Position numbers and translations under genes: made by a program. A stretch of DNA of 64,000 nucleotides, counting the filler, from Basidiobolus ranarum (Eukaryota): the NCBI GenBank assembly GCA_040143965.1. It is 13 parts of 13 records of this genome, joined end to end, with 100 filler letters (N's around TTAATTAATTAA, not from the genome) between each part and the next. Parts side by side here need not be neighbours in the genome. Positions count along the whole stretch, not along the records: positions 24,768 to 29,611 come from JASJQH010001810.1; positions 29,712 to 34,549 come from JASJQH010001811.1; positions 34,650 to 39,485 come from JASJQH010001812.1; 10 more parts are not named here. One strand, 5' to 3'. Each line of letters begins with the position of its first letter. Position 1 is the first letter of the stretch. The notes under the pieces were generated by a model. That model was given only the letters and a program-made list of their open reading frames with translations, searched no databases and was not told the DNA's origin. Below are positions 27,554 to 39,585 of the stretch, piece after piece.

Positions 27554-28572
27554 ACTGTTACTATGTTTCTGTAATTCAATTCCTATCTCAAGGCTCCAAC
27601 ATATTAGCCGTGGTCAAAATAAATGTAATCAACGGATTAGAACTTCATATTTACAGTCGCTCAAGTGTAGTAGATGCTCAATCCTCTACCATATTTCTAT
27701 CTTCAAATCGCTCAAACAGACTTTCTGACCTTAGATGTCGCGATTTGAATACTAACAACGGATTATAAGAGAATTCGCAGATCTTCAGAGGCATGAGTTT
27801 AATTAACTGGAGGTATAGACGAAGCTCCGAAGCAACCGATAGACCATCAAAGCACTCGACTCATAGATGTATGCGAAAACTAATCGATGCTGATGCCAAA
27901 TTACTCATGTACAGTGTCACACTGAAATCTAACGAACAGAGCAGATATATATATATAGTCGACACTCTCAGAATATAGTCACCACATAAAGGTAGAAAGG
28001 TTGTAAAGACCGATAGGACTAGTAACCTTCTGGCTAGATGAGTTTCTAAACTCTGGTTCATTAGATTCCTCTAATGATGATAGTGTAGAAATCAGCTCAG
28101 TTTTAGTATCCTCAGATACATCGATGTATGTTATTCAGCCGTTATAAAGGTTGTGAAGTTTAAGCGAAAGAAATGGATTATTCATATGGTATTCGTGAGA
28201 GTGTGAGCGGTGCTACTGTAGTAGTCATATCTAAATGGAAAGATGATTTCTCGAGCTCCACTCCAATCTGAACTGGGTATTCTTGAAGTAATAATAGTAA
28301 TACTTCATTGGTAAAAGTAAACATTGAATTAGTAATACAATAAACACCTACCTTGATTAAAGCTTCACAGTCATTTAGAGTATTTCATGAATTGTGTAAG
28401 TATCAAGTTGGAGTAGCCAACATGGATTTATTTACTGATATGAAATGTGTACAATAATCATTTTACTCATAAACTGAAAATAATTTCGAACAAAAACCAG
28501 GGCTTGGAGGAAATAGGGAGATTTCCATTTCTCAAGGTTACTATACAAATCATCAGAATAGATGATGGTTGG

Positions 28573-29343
28573 CTACTTGAGTATAACTGCTGCATTGCGT
28601 GCACCCAAGAAATCTTGGACTGCACCGGTAGTCATATTCTTTACCACTCCAAACACTTCGGCGGAGTGATAACGAAGGCTGGTTTTGGGATCAGTATATT
28701 TTCCCTGTTTGAATATTATTAAATATCAGCTGAAGTTGGTATGTGAACAAGGTTCTTGAAACCGTACCTCTAAGCCAGTAATATCACAATATTTTTTCTG
28801 AGGGAGGATAGAAGGTGGTGCTTCCAAACTAGAGTCTATATAGAGTGGCGACAGATTAGTCAGGTATAGGGTCAACAGACAATAAGGAGAAAAGCAAAAA
28901 AAGTACTTACAAGTAGGATAGTCGGCGGGAATTGGTAGAGTCTTCTCAGCGGAAAGTACTTGTTTTAACGTTTTAAATTTTTTGCTAGGTTTAAATTTCG
29001 GATTTTTGAAAGGTTTTTTAGCAGCTAAAATGTTTACAACGTTTAGTTCGTTTTTCTCTTCCAATTCGCTTTCTCCAAGCCCCATCTCTTTATCCTTAAG
29101 TTTAACATTTGTTTCTTTCTTATCCTTTTTCCTAGGAGGTGATATTTCTTCTTCTGAGTCATCTTCCTTAAAAATAAAGTCTCCAGTTAAAAATTCGAGT
29201 TCGAGTATATATGAGTAAATTCACTATGCTATTTTCTGCTCTGAGATAAAAAGTTTATCACTTTAAACACTCACTTCGATAGTTCTCCTATTCATGGCGG
29301 AACGACGTGTAAGTAAGCGTCTTGGTGAGTCATCAACTTTCAT
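28573..29343 (-). CDS. IES6: INO80 complex subunit Ies6 (YL1 C-terminal domain), 4 exons
   Basis: KPFKNPKFK..KTLKQVL..PT|YSSLEAPPSILPQKKYCDITGLE|GKYTDPKTSLRYHSAEVF..FLGARNAAVILK*. Confidence 0.92.
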
Positions 29344-29711
29344 ATTCTCCTCTATTTTAGCAGCATCGTTACTCTATATTGGTTTATTTTAAGAAAGGGT
29401 TCGTTTTCAGTTTATCGTTTTCAAAAAAAAGGTCGGTTCAAAGGTATGTGTACCCTAGTGCTAGATCTCCTAGTAGGTGTTCGTTTTGCCCTGATAGGTA
29501 CAATATTTTAAGTTAGTATTTTGGTTTGACCAGGAAGAGAATCGTGTAAGTTTACATGTCTTTCAAGTCAACTCAACTCAACAAAATAGCAAAGCTGTGC
29601 GTGACAAGATANNNNNNNNNNNNNNNNNNNNNNNNNNNNNNNNNNNNNNNNNNNNTTAATTAATTAANNNNNNNNNNNNNNNNNNNNNNNNNNNNNNNNN
29701 NNNNNNNNNNN

Positions 29712-30049
29712 CATTTGTAAGATATGAGAAGACTATGGCTGATTTGACATATGCTGGGGAAGAATGCAGAAGGCTAGGATGTGTCACTGCTAACAAGTGG
29801 CCCAGAGGAGGGATACTCACAGAGAGGCAAAATCTTTATAACAACATTTTTTCCCATTATAGCGCAAGAGTAGAACATAGCTTTGGTTTCCTAAAGAGAT
29901 ATAGCATTGTAGCAGGAAAGTATAAAGGAGAATCATATTGTGGGCCTCAAGCAAAGTTAGGCAAATTAGTCAAAATCTTGAGTAATTCTCAATACATTCA
30001 TACTCAAAGATATCCATTGAGAGCTCTAGACTTAAGTCACTATGAATAA
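29712..30049 (+). mobile_element. PIF/Harbinger (IS5-like, DDE_Tnp_4) transposase C-terminal fragment
   Basis: MADLTY (ADxGY-like) ...LTERQNLYNNIFSHYSARVEHSFGFLKRYSIV carries the N-x-R-x2-VE-x2-FG-x-LK signature; CpG-poor. Confidence 0.8.
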
Positions 30050-30619
30050 AGCTTTCATCATCTTTTAAATGTGCAATAATGTCTAAAAGTACTCTTCTCA
30101 AATATACCACATACGTCAAATAAACTGTTTCCAAAATGGTAAATAATATTATGCCGGATAGTGCCCAATCATGCCAATTTGTGCAGGCACACTTTTTAGC
30201 TGAAGTGGATCCAGCATCCACTGGTGCTATATTACTAACCATTAGATATTAAGAGCACTTTGATAGCTTTGGGGCTGTTTGTTTTTTGCTTTTATCTTTG
30301 AAAGTTGTGGTTTTGGCTGAGCAGTCACAGAGATCTTGCTATTCTTGTTTCATAAGTTTGTGACAAGCTTCCTCAAAAATTATAAATGTGCTACCAGTAT
30401 AGCTTCTGGTTGAGCTGTTTATTCCCCAGAGTATATTTAGCAGCAGGTATGTAGTTTTGTTGAGAGGCAGGTGGTCTATGCCCTGGTGCATTGCATTCAA
30501 AGCTGATGTCATTTTTGTAGGTATTCAATGTCTTGGTAGTTGGTTGATTTGGCCTACCTGTTAGCAAGCTCTACTTGGTTAATAGATTGGCTTAAATTCT
30601 GTCATCATTTGTAGTATGT

Positions 30620-33600
30620 GATTGTTACCCAGTCCAAATCACCATAGCCTTCAAGATTTCATTCAACAGAAGTGCCAGAGTTTTCCAGAACTAGATCTAC
30701 AGTTCCTCTCAAATACCAGAATGTTGGTTTTACTGCTGATTTGTGCTCATATCCTGTTTTTTACAAGTTGGCTGATAGTTCCCACTTCCACAGTAATGTG
30801 TGGATGTGCTACAACCATTGTATATATCAAACTCCCCATCATCAACTGATAAGGGAACTCTTGGCTTTGATTTGAGTCAGTTTGAGCCAAATCAGAAGAA
30901 ATTTTGATTAACTTTACATTAGGACCCATTGGTGTTGATCTAGAATTGATAATCCCCATGTTGGAGCTTTTTAGGAAGTCTAAGATATATATAGACTGAT
31001 TCAGCATCATCTTCTGATTTGGTGCATCACTATTTTTTGAATTTTGTGGAAATATCTTATTTTACCCATATCAGTCATCTGAAACTGGTTTCATGAGCTG
31101 TTTTTTATTTGATTGGGTGCTTCTATACCATTTGTGCCTGTGATGCGGTCATTCACAAATGGGGCCAAGCAAAGAATCCTGTTTTTTCTTGTTTTGCTGT
31201 AAATACTGTTACCTGCCTTGCATTTGTGGAATTCCAGGGATTTCAAGTCAGTATCTCTCTTGATGCACCAGGCCCTGGGTACCTGCTTGCTTTGGTATGG
31301 CAATTTTTGCAGTTTACAGACCATATGAGGGTGTTTTGTGCTGATCAAATCCATCTGGTTGCCCCATATCAATATTTTCTGCTAAATTTCTATTCATAAA
31401 GGCTGTTTTAAATTCAATTTGATCTAAGTCAAGGTAATGGATGGCCAAAAGAGCCCGGATTGATGTAATAGAGCTAAACCTGGCTACTGCAGTCAATGTT
31501 TCATTGAGATTAACTTGTGGAGTCTGCATATAACCTTTAGCAACTGATCTTGCTTCGTACCTCTCCATCCATCAGCTTGGTTTTAACTGTGTAGACCCAT
31601 TTGCAATCTATTAGCTTTCTCCCTGATGGTAGAGGACCTTAACTAGTGTTCTAATGCCATGAAGTGAATAAAACTTGTTGGATATTGCTTTTCTTCACAG
31701 TTTTAATTCAAAACCCTCCAGAGTTTGTCAGACACAACCTGAATAGTGCTGAATGTGTTTTCTGGATCAAGATGCATGATTGGAGGTGAAAGATATGCTT
31801 TTGCATTGCAAATCTCTGCTCTTAATTAGCTTCTGTTTTTGATATGAAACAGCCTGTAGGCCATAGATCCTTCATGGTAACCAGAAATAAGTATTTACTG
31901 CATTGGGGTTGAAGTTAAGAGCATTTTTGAGCCAGGATTGGGCAATATGCTGCAAAACCACCGATCCTGACATGATTCACACTTGGGTTTGCTTTGTACA
32001 GGGCATTGAATGGATTAGAATATCTTAGCAGTTTTTTTGGGCAACTTTTTGCAGTACAGGCAGCTTCAGCCCAATATTAGTTATACAGCTTTTGATCATG
32101 TAACAGTGATCTAGCCATCTGCATTGAAGTCCTATGAAACTTATTCTGCAACTCCATTCTACTCTGGAATATATGGTACAGTATTTTGCTGCTTGATTTT
32201 ATGTTTGGAACAGAATCTAGCAAAGTCTTTAGTGCAGTATTCTCCACCATTATCACTCCTAAGCATCCATATCTTTTGTATTGCTCTTTTCTCTACAATT
32301 GCTTGGTAGTTCTCAAATATAGTTATGGCTTCTGATTTGATTTGAGTAGAGCTACCCAAGTAAATTTTCTTTTGTCATCAATTAAGGTCAGAATGCTTCA
32401 GGACAAAATTCAGAATCGCCTGGATCTCCCCCAAGTTTGAAAACAGCTATCACTGTTTTTTTCCATATCCATACCTTTACACAGATCAACTTTGGCAGTA
32501 ATCTCAATCAGCCTGGAATAAGCTGATTTTGGTTCATTTGGTCAGTTTTTGCTCCCTCATGTTTCCTAATGTTTGATAACCATGTTTGACATTGTAATTA
32601 GTGGTTTTAACTAGGCTTGCATGCTCAGAATGCTGCTGATTTGTATGTTGATTTCTAACTTGTATAAAGTGTACATTTAGATCCCTGTAGCTTATTGTTA
32701 TATCTCTGGTCTGTGATAGTACATCAAGCCTTGCTGAACATGGAATTTAGTCCTTGGGCAGTTGCTGGGTCTACTGCAAGTATATTCTTAGCTATAATTG
32801 GTACATAGATTACTTCATACAACTTTGCAGATGGTGTATATAAGTTTTGATCTACATTGGGCACAACTGTGCCCTTGCCAACTACATCTAGTGCATTGTC
32901 ATCATTTCAGTAGACTTTCCTCGTTTGGATGGGCTTTAAGCTGGAAAACCAATCTTTGCTGTTTGACATTTGTGGAGAAGCTCCTGTTTAATGTACCACA
33001 ATTCTGTGCCTTCCTTAGTGGTTACTGGTAGGGCAGGAACATTCAGATGATCTCCATCAGTGCGTATTTGATTTACTTGATTCCATTTTAGCTTCCCACA
33101 AAAGTCATCCTTTGGAAGCCATTTAATAAATTGCCTGGTTTCTTTCAACTTTTAAGGATGATTATCTTTTCATCAAAGGCCCCATTATTGAAGCCTGTTT
33201 AACTTTTTGTGGCTCCAAAATGCCTGATCTGCAGTTTTTTGCAGAGAATTAGACCTTCTTCATTCCTCATTCAAAAGCCTGGCTTCAACTCAGTCAATTT
33301 TAAATGGCCCTGATCATGAATCTAGAGCTATGATATTATTCCCAAACTTGCCTAGCAGGCTCATAAGTAATGACTTGACTTTATCATCTTCATTTCAAGG
33401 CACTCCACTCAATGAGAGCTGCTCTGCCATAGCTTGGATCCAATCTATATGATCAGCCATATAATTACCAGAATTCAACTGAGTTGAGAATAAATTCCAT
33501 CCACAATATAGCCCATTAGCTAGACTTTTAGTCTCAAAGAGTTTTGCAAATGTCTTTTGGGCATTTAGGAGATTTTTAGCTGAGTATATGTGCCTTAGTT

Positions 33601-33830
33601 GAGAGTTGTGCAGATGTGAACAGAGCAAGAGAGTGCTTTCCTCTGCTTCTTGTGGAAGGCTAGCATGGCATTTGGTGGTCCCTATGGCTTTATTTTTTCT
33701 CCCGAACAAGCTCCAAAAGGTCTTTATCTTCTAGTACCATTAGGATCCAGAACTGCAAAATGTGAAAATCTTCACCTTCAGGCTTCTCTATTAATGCAAT
33801 AACATCTGTAATAGGACTAGTAAAAAATCT
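30620..33830 (-). mobile_element. Decayed Ty1/copia gag-pol
   Basis: gag LFETKSLANGLY..MADHI; integrase LRSDNGGEYCTKDFARFC..TVPYIPE; RT RYEARSVAKGYMQ..ETLTAVAR..LDQIEFKTAFMN; FPYQLMMGSLIY. Confidence 0.9.
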
Positions 33831-34549
33831 TATAGGAAGTTATTTACAGACTTAGGATATATGCAAAAACATGCTATTACTGTATTTGAAGATGATCAAA
33901 GTTGTATTTCATTAGCTAAAAATCCTACATTTCATGCTAGAACAAAACATATAGATATCAGGCATCATTTTGTTAGAGAAGCAATAGAGAATGATATAAT
34001 CGGAATTGTCTATTGCCCTACTACAGAAATAATAGCTGATATCTCAACCAAACTTTTAGCTAAAGCACAATTTGAATAGTTAAGATATAAGTCAGGTTTA
34101 AGAGATATACAGAATAATTAGTTGAGTGGGAATGCTGAAATTAGGTATATAGCAACACATTATTTAGTGGTTGGTTTATTCATATTCTGACTAATTAGTA
34201 CTCAATTCTGCCATTCCAAAATGTGTGTTCATTGCTCTAATTGAAAGAAATATCAATTAGATCACTTTTACCAATTTTCACTATTTTCTCAAAACTTCTC
34301 CAAATCACCTCAAATTTTCACCCATGCTTAACAGGCAGGTTTGTTTGATCTAAACACATCCAATAGTTCTATCTCATAGTAAACCATAAATAGGACATAT
34401 TCAATTCAATAAAACTTAAGTGTCTAATTCAGAAATCCAAATCTTGTCCAAAACACTTCCAAATCCCCTAAACACTTTTATTAGGTTATTAGCCCCAAGC
34501 TAGCTGTGAAAGGAATATCTACCAGTACTATTAGCAACATTTTTGCAAT
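33831..34549 (+). mobile_element. Copia RNase H end, PPT, LTR (34133-34483), PBS and start of a next gag
   Basis: VFEDDQSCISLAKNPTFHARTKHIDIRHHFVRE..ADISTK; PPT GAGTGGGAA; LTR; GGTTATTAGCCC; then sequence matching the gag leader at about 6880-6930. Confidence 0.88.
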
Positions 34550-34649
34550 NNNNNNNNNNNNNNNNNNNNNNNNNNNNNNNNNNNNNNNNNNNNTTAATTA
34601 ATTAANNNNNNNNNNNNNNNNNNNNNNNNNNNNNNNNNNNNNNNNNNNN

Positions 34650-36063
34650 ACTTCAGATGGGTGAAGTTACTTGATCAAACTGAGAGCCAGGAAGTTGTAT
34701 TGAAGATGTATGCTTGCTCTCAATTAAGAACCCTTCAGAGGTTGTATATTATTCATATTATCATTGGCCCTTGCTCTTCATTGATCTCTTGTTTTCTGAG
34801 CTTAGGGTGGAGGTTGGAAATGTACTGTTGTGCACACATGCTCATATCAACAGTATTACTCTTAACTCTGTCGCTCCACGTACCACCTACGTTACGTCTT
34901 CTTGGTACACAGAGTACAAGCTTATTAAGCCTGGTAAACCATTACCATCCCTCCTCGAACAGGTTTAGATCATTTCACCAGATATTCGTCCAAACACGTT
35001 AATTTAATCTTTCATACATTTCGATTCAATAGTATGTCCCTGAAATCTCACCCAAACTCATTCAAAACTTCGCAACTAGTAAGTTTACTCTTGACACATT
35101 CCAAGTAATTTCCAGATATATCCTAAACATGGATGATTTTTGGTTGCATTAGGTGGAGGTTACTTTACACTACCCACCCCTTTCTCCACGGTCCGAGACT
35201 TACAATTATACGATGCTGACTTTGAAATAACCCCATTTACGTACGTTGTGCTTTCCATAACCTCGGGGATATGTACTAATTAGTTTCGTGTATGTTAGAG
35301 AGGTGGAGGCCTTAATTGACAAATTAGCTCAACGAGAGAGAGTTCAGATTGTGTGCCAAGGTTTTGTGCAAGGAATCCATTTACGACCAAATAAAAGAAA
35401 GCACAATGAAGATAACATGGATCCAAGTCTACCTGAATTCGCGGACAAACTACCTATATCCTATGTAAATTGAAAGAAATCCTTAGTATACAATTACCTA
35501 CCTTTACTAACCAATATTCCATTTCTCTCATTCAGAAATATAATAACTCTTCCATAGTTCAAGAAGAACTACCTGAAGGCTCGTTGACGATTAGTCTTGA
35601 TTTGATAAGTATCAACCGAGATATCACTTTGACACCTTTGATCTTACCAAATTCTGGAGAGTTTCAAGCTGGCAAAAATCTTCATCATGTAAGGTTCTTA
35701 TTATTCGGCACTACATAAAAGTTAACTTACTAATGAAAATCTGAATGTTTTATGTTTGTCAGCGTGATTCATTATCTTTGTGGACTTGGCGCACTTTCTT
35801 GACTTTATTTCAACCATTTTTACCGAAAAATACTTTCAAACCGGAACTTCCAGTAGACCGAATTCTTTTACAACAGGTAAAGAAATTTGTGGCTTAGTTG
35901 GTGTAAATTAGAGTGTTTAGTAGATGCTAATTGAATATCTCTTTCATAGGAACTTTTAGAAGCTTTACGCAGTCAACGGTTGGTCTTCGTTTTGGACCTC
36001 ATACGTTATAAGCCCGAAGAGATTCATTTGGTACTTTCAAAAGTAGTACAAATCTCTAACTAA
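34650..36063 (+). CDS. Putative RADX (CXorf57)-like ssDNA-binding OB-fold protein, 5'-partial, 8 exons
   Basis: In-frame GT-AG exons 34650-34740, 34806-34962, 35033-35078, 35153-35240, 35299-35464, 35536-35688, 35763-35876 and 35950-36063. Product includes FRWVKLLDQTESQEVVLKMYACSQ, GGYFTLP, EVEALIDKLAQRERVQIVCQGFV, LISINRDITL, RLVFVLDL..IHLVLSKV. Gene model is solid; family call is from recalled motif similarity. Confidence 0.7.
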
Positions 36064-37186
36064 ATATATCTTGTTCATTAGTTGAGTAGATTATATGAGC
36101 GGACTCTTGTTGGGTAAAAAAACGCATAATTAAATGCAAGAGGGCTAAACGAATGCAGGAATTGAATCAATCTATCTCATAACATTACATAGCGTATATG
36201 AACGAACACATTAACGCAGAATAGAAATAAAAATTCAAATGAATGAAGTGCTTGTCAAATGACGCAGTATAATCCAATCAGAGATGAAGCATCGTATAAT
36301 GTAATTAGTGTCAATAGTCATGAAGGTAAACTAGGCTAAACCTGAGCATATGGTAAGATACGTAATGAGATATGGCATATAGTGAGATATGGCTAATACT
36401 CGTTCCCATACAGTACCTGTATTAGGTTTCACAGAATTAGTGACAATATGGTCGACAGATATTGATTGCTTGCATGTTGATTCATGTGTTGAGGGAAGTT
36501 GAAACATCAAGTGATTCCTATGGGAAGCCAAGGGAAATTCATGCTAAACCGAGGAGAATTCATGCTAAATAGATCCTGTGAATGATTTGGCGCGAAAGCC
36601 CATCATTTATGTGTACATATCATTTCTATACCTGGCCTTCTCTTCCATGATGAGAAAACAATTCGTCATGTGCTTGGTTTGCCTGTAGGCTGTGTGGGTG
36701 ATCAGGTTACCAGGAGGAAAAGGGGCACTAAATTTAGTGACTCGCTTTCTTAGATTAAATTTATATATAACCTCAATCTAAACCCAGTCACAGCACAATT
36801 GCACAATAGATTAGACAATCTAATCCGAACATTGTTGGACATATTTAAACCGCCAATCTCGCATTGTCATTGACCATTCACAGACCTGAAAAAACCCCGA
36901 TCATCCACGGTTTCAACAGCAAGCTTATCTTTCACTTTCTCCTTCCACTTCTAATCTCCACAATCCCTTTCTTATCAAAGGATTCGTCTATCGGCATCTT
37001 TACTGGCATCCTTATCTCTCTTGTTCGCGATCACTCTCTAACTGCCGGCCCCGATAGTATGAAAATTGTGATATAAATCGTCTAAAGGCATTCTTCACCC
37101 AACTTATTTTCACCTGAAGCCCTTTTTTCTTCTTAAAGTGTGTTCTATACTCTCGTTACTTTTAAACCCATAGAAATTCCACCCTC

Positions 37187-38812
37187 ATGTCTCATAGGGC
37201 TACTTCATATTTTCTTTCATGCTGTAAAAGCGCTGTAAGGAGACCTAATACGATGGTGCCACTCAACAGAACACAGATAACCTCTCTAACGCGTGGAAGT
37301 ATGTGGTCTTTTGGCTCAGTCATGAAGAGACATCATTCCACAGAGCATGATATATCTACCCCATTGACTTCTAACTCAGATGCATCCAACACGATTACAC
37401 CAAAGTAAGAGGAGCTTCGTTGTCTAAATTCCTTTAAGAATATCGCTGACCAACCTCCTTAACATTCATATAGAGATGTTCATGAGACTTTCAACGAGGC
37501 ATGGTCTCATATAGAAAAAGAGTATGGCAAACAGAATCTCAAGTATGTCCTCATCAGCTTGATAGCGGAAAATCATACAACTAACATCCGATTCTCTTTT
37601 GGCAGTTACCCTACAGACATTGTTTGGCTAATGGGTAGGTCTTATGTATAGATATATGGAAGAGCACGAAAGACAGAAACTAATCATTCATCTCTCTATA
37701 CAGGTGCCCCGGGAGCTGGTAAGGGTGCGAATACACCGTTCATACTTAAGGCCAAGAGAATCACCAACCCATCGATTTGCATGAGTTCACTGTTAACTTC
37801 ACCGGAAATGAAGAAGTTGATGGATCAAGGAAGGATGATCGGTACTTGTACAATACAATTTAATGACCAATGCGAGGATTCTAAACTAATCCACAATTCT
37901 TCAGAGGATTCACAAGTTCTTGAATTGATGTTTCGCGCCTTGCTGGAACGTGATTCTAATGTTGGAGTCTTGATTGATGGATTTCCTAGAACAAAGACTC
38001 AAGTATCCTGCTTGAAGTTATTTTATGACAAACTTGTGGAGCTTCACGAGCAATTCAAGTATACACCGCTAGCAAGTCGATTCAAGTGATATATTTCTAA
38101 TTGTTCCAGATTTACCTGGTTTCAAGGTATTAATCAATGATTTGGTGGAAATTAGGATGCCAAGCTTCAGTATAGCTGTTCTCTATGTCGATGAAGATAT
38201 AAGCATAGCTAGACAGTTAAAGCGGGGAAAGCAGATTCGAGAGCATAATGAATTGGTAATTACCATGAATTATCCGATTCATCCATTTTATCGTCGATAA
38301 CCTTTTAATCTCTCCTACAGGTAAGAAAGACTGGAAAGGGACAATTGCTAGAAGAACGTGTTACGGACTTTGACGAAGAGGTAAATTAGCCACCTTAATC
38401 AGCGCCTGTTTTTCAAGCTAACCTGTTGTAACGCTTTAGATCGTTCGCAAACGCTACCAGGTGTTTACTCAGCATTATAGTGCTTTAATGGAACTTGGTA
38501 GGTGTTAAGATGGCCATGTTAAGATTGGAGTGGGTCACTGATATGTTTTGTCTAATAGGAAAATACTTTCCGTTCCACTTGGTAAACGCGTCATCGACAT
38601 TAGAGGATGTTGCTCGTCAATTCAATGCTTTCTTAGGTAAGTTTGAGTTCACTAGGAAGCATCAGTAGCCTACACTAACCCTATGCTCACTTGTAGATCC
38701 AAGCAGTATTTCAGATGCAAGCACTAACGTAACCAACACTATCAAATCACCTTTAAATGAGCACCCAGGAACCCAATCCAAGGCTCAGTATAACTTGCAA
38801 TCACGCCATTAA
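37187..38812 (+). CDS. Atypical adenylate/NMP kinase with probable mitochondrial presequence, 10 exons
   Basis: P-loop WLMGAPGAGKGANT, VLIDGFPRTKTQV, LYVDEDISIARQLKRG, EERVTD; Arg/Ser-rich, acid-free N-terminus; nine GT-AG introns. Confidence 0.85.
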
Positions 38813-39050
38813 CCTTGGTCGCCAAGTAACCATTTACTCCACATAACAGTCCCCCAAGCTAAGACAATGGTACCATATCACCCATTCAACTGTCACAAAT
38901 AAATATAGAATTATATTATACATTTTACGTTATATGCACATATGGGGGTGGAGGATGAGGATACATGATCCTGATTAAATGCTTATCAAAGTGACTGAGT
39001 ATCGATGAAACAATAGCATACATCTACATGAGGGGACGTGGCATTCAACC

Positions 39051-39485
39051 TCAATAGATCTCGCTAAACACAAGCTTCCTGTAATCATAAAAGAACAGAG
39101 TCCCTTTTCGGAAAGGCTCTTTCCACGCGACACCAGCATACTGAATGGCCATAAAATTGTACCACCAAAATAAAGTGAATGCCGCGCCAATACTCACCAT
39201 CGAAGGAATAATGAATCCAGGGAATCGCGAGATGTCCGTCTCTAAATCGAACGAAATTAATCCTTTGATTAACAAATGATTCCTGGATTCTAAATAGAAT
39301 GGCCGTATACATTCCCATATCATTATTACAAAGAGCGACGACGTTCCATTGAAGCCCCGATATTTGAGTAGTTGTTTGGGTTTTAGGCCTCCATCATGCT
39401 CCCAAAATATGATCGACATCAGATTTCGCTGTAATACTAGAAAAACTAACCAATGTACGATTGGCATCCAAATGGTTGTCCAATC
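39051..39485 (-). CDS. C-terminal part of an unidentified membrane protein
   Basis: Open from the contig edge for about 144 codons, with hydrophobic/aromatic segments (HWLVFLVL, SLFVIMIW, GAAFTLFWWYNF). No family recognised. Confidence 0.5.
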   Translation of the reverse strand, partial: DWTTIWMPIVHWLVFLVLQRNLMSIIFWEHDGGLKPKQLLKYRGFNGTSSLFVIMIWECIRPFYLESRNHLLIKGLISFDLETDISRFPGFIIPSMVSIGAAFTLFWWYNFMAIQYAGVAWKEPFRKGTLFFYDYRKLVFSEIY

Positions 39486-39585
39486 NNNNNNNNNNNNNNN
39501 NNNNNNNNNNNNNNNNNNNNNNNNNNNNNTTAATTAATTAANNNNNNNNNNNNNNNNNNNNNNNNNNNNNNNNNNNNNNNNNNNN

